From Candidatus Gottesmanbacteria bacterium (GTDB lineage Bacteria > Patescibacteriota > Microgenomatia > UBA10105 > UBA927), in contig CAWEKC010000005.1 in NCBI GenBank assembly GCA_963809665.1, positions 104,392-168,391 on the forward strand: a stretch of 64,000 nucleotides of DNA, written 5' to 3'. Below, one piece after another: positions 1 to 11,400 of the stretch; the first letter of the stretch is position 1; each line of letters begins with the position of its first letter. A program made the translations under genes and the position numbers. The notes under the pieces were generated by a model. It was not told where the DNA came from, made no database searches, and saw only the letters and a list, made by a program, of their open reading frames with translations.

Positions 1-1
1 T

Positions 2-184
2 TGGAAAAAAGTTCTTGTCGTCCACCCGGACTACCGCGATGCCTATATACAACTGGCGGCACTCTCCTATCAGGAGGGAAATCTCACCCAAACGTACACG
101 TATCTAACCCGGGCGCTGGATATTGATCCCAATAATACAAACCTCAATCGTCTGACTGAGTTTACTTCGAAGCTTTTGGAGTAG
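2..184 (+). CDS. C-terminal fragment of a TPR-repeat protein (5' end outside window)
   Basis: Manual translation of frame 2: WKKVLVVHPDYRDAYIQLAALSYQEGNLTQTYTYLTRALDIDPNN...LLE*, a TPR-like pattern; stop TAG at 182-184. Confidence 0.65.
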   Translation, partial: WKKVLVVHPDYRDAYIQLAALSYQEGNLTQTYTYLTRALDIDPNNTNLNRLTEFTSKLLE

Positions 185-905
185 TCTCAACTGGTCCGCC
201 AGCTGGCGGAGGTTTTTCTGCGGCCGGTGCGCCCGCTTCCGGTGCGCCTGCCGGCGGTGCCCCTGCGGCCGGTGTGGCTGCAGCGGCGGCTTCTGCGGCG
301 GCTGCAGCGGCTGCGGCGGCTTCTGCGGCAGCTTCTGCTTCTGCTTCTTTACTTATCAGGGCCCCCACACGTACGACTGACTGATCTTTAGCGGTGAGCA
401 CGGTAACGCCTGCGGGAACTTTAAGATCCCCTACGTTGACTTCCTGATTCACTTCTGCCAATTTTGAAACATCAACATTCAGTTTTTCCGGCAAATCGGT
501 TGGTAATGCTTCTACCTCAACCTCATCAATAAGCGTCAAAAGCACGCCGACTTTCCCGACAACCGCCGGTGCATCACCGGTAAGAACCAGCGGTACTTTT
601 GTATGTACTTTTTCTTTCAAATTCACCTGATGAAATTCAACATGCAATACGTGGTTCGTAACGGGGTGCCGCTGAATCATGTGCACTAGTACCGGTCGTA
701 AATCCTTCCCTACCGCAAGCTCAACAAGTCCTGTCTCCCCTGCTTCTTTGTATATCTTATCGAATGCCGCTACCCCAACGGCAACCGAAACACTCTTGAC
801 GTTTTTGCCGTACACTGTTCCGGGAATCTGACCCTGCGCACGTAATTGTTTCACTTTACGTCCGACAACACTGCGCGGTTGGGCTGTTAAGGAATATTTT
901 TTCAT
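162..905 (-). CDS. rplY: 50S ribosomal protein bL25/CTC with Ala/Pro-rich tail
   Basis: Motifs R..VGRKVKQLR.QG.IPGTVYG, QRHPVT...LHVEFHQV, EVEALPTDLPE. Confidence 0.95.
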   Translation of the reverse strand: MKKYSLTAQPRSVVGRKVKQLRAQGQIPGTVYGKNVKSVSVAVGVAAFDKIYKEAGETGLVELAVGKDLRPVLVHMIQRHPVTNHVLHVEFHQVNLKEKVHTKVPLVLTGDAPAVVGKVGVLLTLIDEVEVEALPTDLPEKLNVDVSKLAEVNQEVNVGDLKVPAGVTVLTAKDQSVVRVGALISKEAEAEAAAEAAAAAAAAAEAAAAATPAAGAPPAGAPEAGAPAAEKPPPAGGPVETTPKASK

Positions 906-907
906 TG

Positions 908-3398
908 TTATTTCGTAAACCGGATACGCGTAAGACGGTCTTCAGTAAGAACCGTATTGTACTCGAGTTGGCCTGTGTTTGCAATAAAGTCCTGGCCCGT
1001 GGTTCCGGATACCTGCTCCTCAAGGCCTGCGGTCCATTCAGGAGGATACCGCACAACCGTATGAACCGGCGTATCGCTCACGCCCGGCTGCTTCTGGACA
1101 AACAGGTCCAGAACAGCCCCCGACGGACCGAATGTGACGGCGTTTCCCCTCGTATACGTCACTTCTAACTGCTTTTCACTACCCGACGGAATATCTACGC
1201 CGATTCCCAGCACATACGAGGCACTGGTGAGATCCGTGCGTTCAAGATACGGCAAGGTCGGCGCTTTCGCCATGTCTTTCCTCGTCGTAACCTTCACCCC
1301 GTCAAGAGTGACTCCGGCAACCGACACATCCGCCGGCAATAGCAAGCGAAGATATGTGCGATAGGGTAAATTTTGATCCTGCGTGCTGTCATTCCTGATG
1401 ATCTCGCGTATTGTTTCGTTGATGATTCCATTGACGTCTATTGTTACCTGCCTGTCCACGATCCGTGATACAAAATAATTCGCTTTATTCACTCCCATAT
1501 TGGCTTCGACACTAATCAGCGGATCAAAACTGCAATTGACCTGCTCACTCCCCGTGCAACCGGTAGTGGACGGCACCCTGCCTGCCCAGCCGTAATGGTC
1601 GACGACCGATTCGAGCTCTTCACTCCCGAACATCATGAGAATATCATGCCCGGAAAGGGCTGAGGTCAAAGCGCGGAACAACGCGGGCATGTCGGTAGTT
1701 CTGCTGGTCGTAATTTTTGTGATAAGAGCGCGCGCCAGTGTTCCCAAAAAATCTTTTTTTTGGGTGGATCCCGGAAAAGAATCGTTTTGCGTATAGTAGA
1801 GAGATTTTCCGTAAAAATTATCCGCAGTGACACGGTCATTGTAGTCGGGTAGATCGATCGGTCCTGTGGCTTTTAGCACGCCGACGATCAGCGGTGTGTT
1901 GACGGCCAGTACCCCATCTACATTGGTCCCGCTTTCTTTCTGGAAAAACCATGCCGCTCTGGCGGCACTCACGGCAAAGTCAGGATCCCAGTTTGAATCA
2001 CGCAAATACCAGTGTTCCTGACCAAGCAACTCCCGCACGGGTACGGGAGGATCCACGTGTCCTTTCAACTGTCCGTCAAACGTATAGACGTCATGTATTT
2101 GCAGGTCAGTCATCCGTCCGTCAGCAAATGACGCAAGTGCAACGCTGCCGATAAATCCGCCGGTCGGCCGTAGTTCGGCGCTGTTTTGCAGTAAGATAAG
2201 ATACGTCCGGGGCTCTTTAAATCCTGCTAGTTGTAAAAATAAGGAAACGAGCTCATCCATATTTGATGCAAAATCCCTAAGTGTCGAAATCTGGGAAACA
2301 ATACGCGTTCCTTCCCGCGCGGCTACAGGAATACCAAACGGAAACGTCCGGTCTTTAAGAAGGAGTGTGAGTTCCGCCTGGGCAAGTCCCAACGTATTCT
2401 GAACCGAGTCTAATGACCTCCGGAGATTCGTTATGTCTGCCGCCGGCGTGGTCCCGCTCCCGGTAACATCCATCTGATTCAAAAATCCGGACGCGACTGA
2501 CTGACTCACGACCATCATGGATTGAACATCTTCCGCAGCCGCCTGTGCATCGGAAAAAAACGATATAAGTCGTTCCTGCCCCCGGATCGAATCCTGCATA
2601 CCGACCCACCGTAACGGGACTTCGGCGGCAGAAAGAACGATGCTCCCCTGTCCGATCCAGTACCCGGCAACCCGGGATTGCCAGCCTACCGCACCGACGT
2701 CTCCGGCGGCAATTGCACGTGCATTTGACGCCAGGGCGAGCACCGGCAATGGTAATACTGACGAGATACCAGACAACCGGAAGAATAATTATTCCTGCCC
2801 CTATCAGGATGCCGATTACCCACTGCCTTCGTTTTTTTCTCCGGCGGGGTGGCGGCTTCTCCTGTTCACCGAATACGTCTTTGATAATTTTCCCTATCCG
2901 TTCCTTATCGCCGGAGGTCAGCGGAGGGTCGGTGACGTGTGTTACGGCGGACGGGGTGTGAATAGGGGGCAGATTCTCATGTACAATTCGGGTTAGTCGG
3001 GGTTTTCGCAGATCCAGCACATTTTTTTCCGAGGTAAAAAAAAACTCGAATATATCGACTACCTGTACAGGGGAAATTTCCTTCGGGTCAACATAGATAA
3101 TTTTTTCATGATAGTCCGTCGGGACGGGACCGTTTTGCGTATTTCCCACAATAAGTGCGAGTCTTTTTTCTCCATGTCTTTTCGTACGGAAGAAAATATC
3201 TTTCACAAAATCGCCGTCGCCCATTGCGAGGTGATACATGGCGGTTTCCTCGGGAACTCTGTTGACAAACACAGCTACGCCGTGTGTCTCCAGGTATTCC
3301 CGAAGCGGTAATACTGATGGTTCATCCTGCGTGTCAATACGTGCTGCAGGTCGTATCGTTTGATCACCGGTTGAAATTGATGTTGCGGCAGAATGCAT
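908..3398 (-). CDS. DUF4012-domain membrane-anchored protein, split by one frameshift near 2740 (ORFs 2355..3452 and 908..2776)
   Basis: YLILLQNSAELRPTGGFIGS, LRDSNWDPDF and VEANMGVNKAN motifs; the TM segment runs across the two frames. Confidence 0.8.
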
Positions 3399-3502
3399 AA
3401 TTGGAAGCACGACAGGCGCTTGTATTATTACAAAAAAGACAACCGAAAACAACGAATCAGAAGGGCTCCATCCACGTACAACAAGATCAAGCCGACATGA
3501 GG

Positions 3503-3916
3503 CTAAGAAAATTGGGAGTCAAGCGCCTGGTTGACCAGAAAATCCGCGCGCCGGTTCTGTTCGCGGGGTATAGTAGAATAATGAACCACTCCCCCGACCT
3601 CCTGTTCCAAAATCCGTATATTCGTCGCTAATTGCCGAAGGGTCGGATCTTTAATTTTAAATAATCCGTTGAGTTGGTTAACGACAAGCGTCGAGTCCAA
3701 AAAATATTCTATGTCCGGTGACTCCCCCGCCAGCGGCTTAAGGGCTTTCAAAGATTCGGCAACCGCAGTATATTCCGCAACATTATTCGTCGCCTTGCCG
3801 ATTCGTCTGCCGAATTTTTGAATTATTTTTCTCGTCCCGTCTTCGATAACCACCCCGATTGCCGCCGGACCCGGATTGCCCCTCGCTCCCCCATCGGTAT
3901 GCACAATAAATTTCAT
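3503..3916 (-). CDS. rnhA: Ribonuclease HI family protein
   Basis: TDGGARGNPGPA, TNNVAEY, DS.LVVNQLNG.FKIK, REQNRRAD motifs. Confidence 0.93.
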   Translation of the reverse strand: MKFIVHTDGGARGNPGPAAIGVVIEDGTRKIIQKFGRRIGKATNNVAEYTAVAESLKALKPLAGESPDIEYFLDSTLVVNQLNGLFKIKDPTLRQLATNIRILEQEVGGVVHYSTIPREQNRRADFLVNQALDSQFS

Positions 3917-3920
3917 ATGC

Positions 3921-5162
3921 TTATTTTTTTGAAAGAGAAAATGATTGTACCAAAACGAGTCCGCTCAGTACCAGCACCAATCCTTCGCAGATACCGGTCA
4001 ACCACGCGGCTGCCATAAATCCGTAGATCGGAACAAATATACTGTTGCCGACAATGTTTAGTATCATCGACGCGCCGTAAATGACGGCGAGCGTTGTTGC
4101 TTTCTTTAACGCAATGAGTGCCCACATGGTTGCGCTCGTCACAAAGAAAAAGGGAAGACCCAACGATAACACGCGAAGGGCGCCGATGCTCGGAGCAAAA
4201 TCGCTTTTAACAAGCGTAAGAAGGGGAGCCGCAAACCAGACCACTGCTGCCGCCGTAACCGACATGCATAATAGAAATATAAATGACTGCGTAAATATTT
4301 TTGTCAGTCTCCCGTGACTTTTTCCGGCGGTCTGGGAAACCATGAAGGGATACACGGCGTTCATAAAAAATGTCGGAAACACCAATACCACTTCAAATAC
4401 TTTATACGCCAAGCCGTAGATGCCGACCTCTGCCGTGGGTCTCATAATCGTTATGATCACACTATCCGCGCGGAAATAGACAAGATTAAAAAGCAGGGTA
4501 ATCCCAAGCGGTATGGAAGGGAGAAACAGCCGCCTCAAATCTCCGCAGGAAATGGGGAGTATGGCAATCGGGTGTAAACGGAATGCAAAAAAGATTGTTG
4601 CTGCCGCGGTAACGACTGCGCCTGCAATCAGCGCAAGAATCGCCGCTGTCACTCCCGGCACCGTCCACACGAACAGAAGCGCCCATAACAATCCGACGGT
4701 TGCCACCGACCCGAAAAGAATTGCCCATGCAGAAAAATCATACCGGAGTTTTTTCTGGAATATCGCATTACCGGTCGTAATCCAGGCCTGGAATAATATG
4801 GTGGGGGAATAGAGTAATATTCCCAGCCTCACAAAAGACGTATACCCCGCGGTCCTCGTACCGGGCAGCAGCATGACAATTCCCAACGAGAGTGCTATGA
4901 GGATGAGCCCTCCCATGGTCCGAAGAAGAATAAGCGCCTGCCAACTTGTCTTGACGTCCGCCTGCTGCAGATAAATAGCATTGATCCCGAAATCCGCAAA
5001 CAAATAAAAGAATGCGATATACGTGGTTATTTTTACAAAATCTCCGTATCCTGATGCCCCCAGCTGCCGGGCAACCAAAAATGTGACGATAAACGTAACA
5101 ACAGCGCTCACCGCTCTCCCGATAAGCTGACTTGCCGTGTTGATTGCCACACTTTTCTTCAT
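3921..5162 (-). CDS. Polysaccharide/O-antigen flippase (Wzx/MOP family)
   Basis: About 12 TM segments; VAINT...GR, ADFG, YFRAD, EVGIYGLAYK motifs. Confidence 0.85.
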   Translation of the reverse strand: MKKSVAINTASQLIGRAVSAVVTFIVTFLVARQLGASGYGDFVKITTYIAFFYLFADFGINAIYLQQADVKTSWQALILLRTMGGLILIALSLGIVMLLPGTRTAGYTSFVRLGILLYSPTILFQAWITTGNAIFQKKLRYDFSAWAILFGSVATVGLLWALLFVWTVPGVTAAILALIAGAVVTAAATIFFAFRLHPIAILPISCGDLRRLFLPSIPLGITLLFNLVYFRADSVIITIMRPTAEVGIYGLAYKVFEVVLVFPTFFMNAVYPFMVSQTAGKSHGRLTKIFTQSFIFLLCMSVTAAAVVWFAAPLLTLVKSDFAPSIGALRVLSLGLPFFFVTSATMWALIALKKATTLAVIYGASMILNIVGNSIFVPIYGFMAAAWLTGICEGLVLVLSGLVLVQSFSLSKK

Positions 5163-5166
5163 ATCA

Positions 5167-6386
5167 TCATTGTATCAAAGACAGGGAAAGAAAAATGGTA
5201 AACAGCAATTGCCCCTGCTGGAGGGTGAGCGTGTAGTGATCGACAAGACCGAGAAGCAATAACATACAAAATGAAACATGAATAAAAGAAATAGTAGGCA
5301 CCATGGTCTTAACCGCTTTCCATACGATCCACAAAAAGATCGCAAATCCAATGATTCCGGTTTCCGACAGCAGTAATAAATAAATATTGTGGACAGGCTG
5401 TAAAAAATAAACAGTCCGTGAGACCAGATGGGTAGGGAGTTGCACGAGAAAATTTCCCAGTCCGTTGCCGATAACGGGGGACGTGCGGAACATAGAAATT
5501 GCAGACGCGTTTAATTGTTCGCGTACGACGACCGACTCGTCCTGAAACCCGAATGTGTTTCCGATATAAAAAATTATGAGAGCTGCAAATAATAAAACCG
5601 GAATAAATAATTTTTTCTTATTTTTAAATATCAGATATACACCACCCAATGCCGCGACAATCCATGCGCTTCTGCTGAATGTCAGTACTAATGCAATGAG
5701 TCCCAAAACAATGGTCGTTATATAAAAATATTTTTTTCCTGTCGCGTAATTGCGTAACTATAAGCGGCAGCGTTACCGCTAAAAATCCTCCAAATACATT
5801 CGGGTGGGGAAATGTTGCATAGCTGCGGAGTTTAAATAACGAAATATGAAAATTGAAAATTGAAACAGTATCATCGATCCGGGCAATACCCGGGGTAAAA
5901 GCTGAAAACGTCCGTTCTCCCAAAAACCAAAATATTCCTCCGATGGAATGCTGCAATAAAAATTGAATGATCGCGATACATGAAGAATAAAAAACACCTA
6001 TGGATAACGGGAAAATAATTTGCGGAAGTTTCGGTTTTGCATACATGATATATATTCCCAACGCCGCCAGTTCTAAAATTTTTATCCATGCAAAAAATGC
6101 GACCATCCTGTTAGCAGCAAATAATATATTCAGAAAAATAAAAAGAAAGAGACAAACGATTTTAATTCCGAGCTGAACGGCGAATTTTTTTGAAGTAAAA
6201 TATATTTATTTTTTTCTCAATACACCAACTGACAAGAAGTAAAACAATGAGGATGTCCGTGGCATAGAGAGTAGGGGAAATGTAATCAATCCGTCTTCCC
6301 AAAACCAGCGCCCAATCCGGCCAGACGTGGTACCCCAGTTGCGTCGGCAGGAAAACAAGAAGAAGGGAAAATAATAACATGTGCAT
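5167..6386 (-). CDS. O-antigen ligase family protein, split by two frameshifts (ORFs 6162..6386, 5624..6106, 5167..5706)
   Basis: RSYATFPHPNVFGG, TFSRSAW, GNGLGNF, PVHNIYLLLLSETGIIG motifs spread over three frames; breaks lie near A/T homopolymer runs. Confidence 0.8.
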
Positions 6387-6401
6387 CCCATTAATAATAC
6401 G

Positions 6402-6857
6402 TTAAATCGTCTTTGGTTTCACCAGGAGCGTCCGGGCGGCGCCCTCGCCGACGGATTCCGTTTCCACCCGCTCGTCGCCGGCAAGTGTGAGGTGAATAAC
6501 ACGGCGTTCCGACGGTGAGAGGTGGGGGAGTTCTATCGGGCGGCCGGCGGCCAGTGCGCGCTCAGCGGCGTGCTGGGCCATAAGCATTAACGCCTCTTCG
6601 CGTTTTTCGCGGTAATCACCCACGTTGACGTAGACTTTTACCCACGCCTCCAATTCTTTGGAAACCAACAGTCCTAAAATAATCTGGAAACTCTCAAGTG
6701 TTTTCCCGTGGAAACCGATGAGCAATCCCGTCTCTTCCGTTTCGATGTGTACGCGGTACGCCCCGGTTTCATCGACATCAACCACGACCTGACCGGCAAC
6801 ATCGAGCCGCTTCAAAAAATCTTCCGTTATCTGTTTTACTTTTTCTATATGTTCCAT
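6402..6857 (-). CDS. Jag/KhpB-like RNA-binding protein (KH + R3H)
   Basis: LLIGFHGKTLESFQ KH motif and ERRVIH R3H motif; follows yidC. Confidence 0.9.
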   Translation of the reverse strand: MEHIEKVKQITEDFLKRLDVAGQVVVDVDETGAYRVHIETEETGLLIGFHGKTLESFQIILGLLVSKELEAWVKVYVNVGDYREKREEALMLMAQHAAERALAAGRPIELPHLSPSERRVIHLTLAGDERVETESVGEGAARTLLVKPKTI

Positions 6858-6859
6858 GA

Positions 6860-7672
6860 TTATTTCTCTTTATTGATCGCGATCTGCTGCAGGATACCAA
6901 AAAGCCCGAAGATGTTCCAGTACAGTGCGAGCCCCAACGGGAACGTATAGGCGAAATATCCGAACATGATAGGGGTGATGATCGCCATTTGTTTTTGCAT
7001 ATCTGCCGCCATGTCCTGTTTAGGTTTTTCACCCTTGACCGCCAAAGCTTTAGCATCGGCGGTGAATTTGGTATCTGTGGGTGATATTGCGGGCATCATG
7101 AGTTTTGTCTGCCACCACTGGAGCGCGGCTGTAATCAAAGGAACCAGCAGAAGCAAATACCCGTATGTCTGAAACTGCGACGGCTTGAGCGCAAGGTTGA
7201 CGCCGAAAAAATTAAGATCCAAGTTGGTAATTTTAAATGCGGGCAGATACACGACCTGATTAATCTCACCCATTATTTTGGTTATGTTGCCGTTATTCAA
7301 CACCTGATAAAACACATTGTAAAGCGCAATGAGGACGGGCATTTGAATTAGGAGGGGAAGGCAGCCCGCGGCGGGATTTACCCCGTGTTCTTTATAGAGA
7401 GCCATCTGCGCGGCTTGGAGTGCTTTTTTATCATCTTTGTGTTTAATGGAAAGCGCGTCCATGTGGGGCTTGATCCGTGCCATTTTTTTGGCGCTCCGCA
7501 GTTGGGCCGCCATGAGAGGATAGAGTATAAGCCGGATAATGAGGGTAAGCCCGATGACGGCAAATCCCAAGGGGCCGGGAATGTGTAAATATTCAAAAAG
7601 TTTGTACAGGGCAATCAGGACGTTTAAAATCGGCCAGACGAGAATTTGGTTCCAGAGATTCGGATTTGTCAT
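6860..7672 (-). CDS. yidC: Membrane protein insertase YidC
   Basis: LTLIIRLILYPL, GVNPAAGCLPLLIQMP, P.GLALYW motifs. Confidence 0.95.
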   Translation of the reverse strand: MTNPNLWNQILVWPILNVLIALYKLFEYLHIPGPLGFAVIGLTLIIRLILYPLMAAQLRSAKKMARIKPHMDALSIKHKDDKKALQAAQMALYKEHGVNPAAGCLPLLIQMPVLIALYNVFYQVLNNGNITKIMGEINQVVYLPAFKITNLDLNFFGVNLALKPSQFQTYGYLLLLVPLITAALQWWQTKLMMPAISPTDTKFTADAKALAVKGEKPKQDMAADMQKQMAIITPIMFGYFAYTFPLGLALYWNIFGLFGILQQIAINKEK

Positions 7673-7722
7673 AAATTAAATAATAAACAAATATTTTTTA
7701 TATTCTTTATTCACGTATCTTA

Positions 7723-7965
7723 TTATTTATTTGGTATTGGGTCGTACCCGCCGCGGCTGAATGGGTGGCAGCGGATAATGCGTTTAAACCCCAGCCACGA
7801 TCCGTATAGTATACCATAGCGCGAGATTGCGTCATAGGTATACTCGCTGCACGTGGGCCGGAAGCGGCATACGCTGTCCACAAGCCACAATGATTTTAAT
7901 ATACCTGTGTCAGGGGACAAATAGCGCTGGTAAAAGCGTATGGATTTTAAAATGAACCGTTTCAT
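7723..7965 (-). CDS. yidD: Membrane protein insertion efficiency factor YidD
   Basis: [35 protein letters not shown]. Confidence 0.95.
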   Translation of the reverse strand: MKRFILKSIRFYQRYLSPDTGILKSLWLVDSVCRFRPTCSEYTYDAISRYGILYGSWLGFKRIIRCHPFSRGGYDPIPNK

Positions 7966-8279
7966 ATGGTAAGCAGCCTGCTGATAATTTTTTCTACTTC
8001 TGCTTGGGGTAATTCAGCAAAATTCTTTTTCGCGATAAGAATACCGTCAACCTGTCCGGTTTTGGGCAATAGAAGCCGCACCGATTCGCTCATGGTCCGC
8101 CGCATCCTGTTGCGGCTTGTCGCGCGTTTATCTATTTTTGTCGATACGATAAACGCAAAACGGGAGACATGAGTGGTTTTTTTATAAACAAGCTCAATAC
8201 TGTCGCTATGTACACGCATTCCGCGACGCAGAATCGCGGCGATCTCTTCTTTGGGAAGTCTATGATCAGGGGAAAGCAT
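7962..8279 (-). CDS. rnpA: Ribonuclease P protein component
   Basis: [25 protein letters not shown] motif; conserved synteny. Confidence 0.93.
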   Translation of the reverse strand: MLSPDHRLPKEEIAAILRRGMRVHSDSIELVYKKTTHVSRFAFIVSTKIDKRATSRNRMRRTMSESVRLLLPKTGQVDGILIAKKNFAELPQAEVEKIISRLLTI

Positions 8280-8297
8280 ATGAAGTTGCCTGCCTTG

Positions 8298-8438
8298 TTA
8301 CACAACCGACACGCGGCGCCGTCCGACCAGTCTGCGGTGCTTCAAAACCTTGCGGCCGCCGATCGTACGCATCCGCTGCCGGAACCCGTGTTTCCGGATG
8401 TGTTTTTTCTTTTTCGGCTGATAAACGCGCTTCGGCAT
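8298..8438 (-). CDS. rpmH: 50S ribosomal protein bL34 (absent from the ORF track)
   Basis: Manual translation [46 protein letters not shown]; upstream of rnpA; TGgTATACT 6 nt before ATG. Confidence 0.95.
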   Translation of the reverse strand: MPKRVYQPKKKKHIRKHGFRQRMRTIGGRKVLKHRRLVGRRRVSVV

Positions 8439-8471
8439 GAGGCAAGTATACCAAAATCATCGCTGTATTGT

Positions 8472-11400
8472 CTACGGGGCGACTTCCTGCCAACTCACAG
8501 ATAATTTCTTCATTGGCTCCGGCATGGTCATGAGTAGTTGCGGGTCATAGAGGAACAGCTCTGACGCTGTGGTGGTGTTGCCGGCGTCTCTCACGTTCCG
8601 CTGGAGCAGGAAGTTTCCTGCTATAAACGAACCCTGCCCGACAAACCGATCCGTAGCAGGTCCTGAACCGGTACCTGTAATGAAAGAATGTGACGGGTCC
8701 GTAATATATATTCCTTCAACTACCGGCACGCTGGATATATACGGCACGCCCACTGACGGATCAATGGTTATATTTCCATTAACAATGAATGCGACAAACC
8801 CGGTACCGGTAATATTAATCCTGCCTTCGATACTCAGGTTGCCGTCAACAATAAATATTACTTTTTGACCTGCTGTAACCACCCAGTCGCCTGATGTGCT
8901 CATATTTCCCTGCACATAATATGGGGTGGTTCTTGAAGCAGGTTTCGGAATGGGGGACGCGGGATCTGTCCAATCCGGGTTGTCAGGGAACCCGCCGAAC
9001 TGGCTCACCATCAGTTGGTAGTAGTCCGTGTCGGGCGCCGGCGCCGTGTCGTGTGCCAGCCATTTTTGACTTGACACCCAGTCCTGGCCGTTTGTTATGC
9101 CGCTCCAGTCAAAGTTGGCGCTGGTCCCGTACGTGGCGACGCCCGGATATCCGCCGGTTCCGTTCTTAATGAATACGTCATGTGGATTCGGCGGGATAGG
9201 AGGGGGTATGAGGGATTGCATCGCTAATGCCGCATACACGTCGCCGCCGCTGGCCTGGCTCCACGGAACGCCGTGCATGTAGCCGATGTCCCACGTAAGG
9301 GTATCGCCAGCGGGTAAATCCGCAGATTGGGTTTCACCGGTGGTTGGAGCCGTAGTCCGTTGCCAGCAATACCGTGCGGGCAGATATCCTGCCGGAATAG
9401 TAGGCTGGATCGTATATCCGTTCCCGGCTGTTGCCGGATCGTACACAATATACTGGCTGCCGACTTGGGACGGCGGGACTGGAGCGGGGTGGGAAGGGGA
9501 GGAGGGGGAGAATGTGAATGTTGAACCGGCGATGCCGCCCGTGCCGCCCGCGCGTATTGTGGCGCACGAGGTGTTCGTCGGGTTAACGGTCAGTGCTCTG
9601 GCCTGAATGGTGCCGGATGACAGGCAGTAAAATGGAAGGTTAGTAGATACACATGCAAATCCCTGCGGATTGCCGCCTATGGGCACAGCAAAGACACCGA
9701 TGTTGGAGGAATACTGTTTTATATCCGGAATAATACCGGGATATCTATGCGTACCTGAGAATGTGTTACCAAGGTTTAACGAGAGGTCGCCCTCTTCGTT
9801 CGGCCAATTGGGAAACGGTTCCGGATTTAACCGCCCCTGAATGGCATTGATGGGAAAGTTGCGTGATATAACATCCCAGTCTGTTTTTATAGTCATATCG
9901 TTCCCCACAAACTCGCAGGTATTCGTAGCGGAAACGTCACAGCGATACGGAACGTTTATGGTTGCGTCCCCTGCACCTGTTTCGTTCGATTCGTTTATAT
10001 GACACGTGGCGGTTACGGTGGTCGATCCGCCGTTGCCTCCGGTTACCTCTGTTTGGTATTGAAGAGTATCGTCACTGGCAGGGCTTACGGTAGCAATAGT
10101 GGTGTTATTTGAGACAAAAGTGACGCGGGCAATCGTGCTGTTTGTCGCCGTTACCGTTGCAAGAAGGGTTGCCTTGGCTCCGGTTTCGACCGTTACAGGA
10201 TTCGGGGTGAGGGTAACTGTGCAATCAGGCGTCGGAACCGTAATCGTTGACGTGCCTGTGCCCGTCTGTCCTCCGGGCATGTGGCACGTGGCGGTTAACG
10301 TAGATGACCCCGCAGTACCGCCTGTTGCAACGGTTTGGTAGGGGGAGCTGCTGTCGCTTGACGGGTTAATTGTAGCAACATTCGTATTGCCCGAGACAAA
10401 GGTGACATTGGATATAGTCCCGCCTTGTACGCTCGTATTGGCGGTGAGCGTTCCCGTTGACCCCGTATTTAGGGTCAGGGGGTTCGGAGATATGCTGTTT
10501 ACCTGGCATGCTACGCATACTTTCGTTCCGTCGCAGGTTCCGCCGCACCCATCTCCGCAGGTCGATCCAATGCAGGTGTCGGCTGCGCAACTGCAGTCAG
10601 GGGTCTTCGTTCCGTTACATGTTCCGCCGCAACCATCACCACACGTAGATCCTTGGCAGATATCGGCTGCGCAACTGCAGTCAGGAGAACAGGAGGGAAT
10701 CCATGTACAAAAATGTTCATTACTGGTATTGCAACTTATGTCACAACTCGCCACGGTATCTAGGTTAGTACACTGATTCTGAGTGCCCCATGCATTACAA
10801 TTCATTTGGTTTTCGCCTAAATCACACCATTCGTGGTAAACACACGATCCTCCACCGCCAAATTGGTGACAATAACCAATATTGTTAGGATCACACCATA
10901 TATGAGTGATGCTACACCAGTTGTCTCCAAGGGTCCCTCCACATAATATCGATCCCTGACATCCTGCCTCGACTTGTTCAAAAAGCCTCAGGCTTATCTT
11001 TTTTTTCGGCTTCACAAACCTACCCAAGTGAAAGCCGTTCGCCTTCTTTATAAAATCCTCTGCCTTTTGAGTACATACATCCCTTGCTGGTCTTCCGGGA
11101 TCAAAAATCATACACAAGTACGTATACATGTCCCTGCTCATCATATTTGGGTCTGTCTGCGTCTTGGCAAAAGCTTCGGGACTATATTGGACGGAGAGTG
11201 TTAACTGATCTCCTTGAGTTGTTGCTCCCAAGCTTGAAAACTCGATGTCATTTCCCGCGGTATCCTTTCCCGCAAGAAGCTGCACCGCGTGCTGAACTTC
11301 CGGGGTAAAAACTACCGTAACTTTGGTAATATTGCCTGTTATGCGTTTTGTCGAATATTTTTGCGAATACAGGAATACATTCCCGAGGATTTCCGAAACA

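Noticed and set aside
230-350. Ala-rich GCG/GCT repeats in rplY as a repeat element
   Set aside because: Explained by a low-complexity protein tail common in CTC-type L25
8266-8504. ORFs 8266..8493 and 8169..8504
   Set aside because: Shadow frames of rpmH and rnpA
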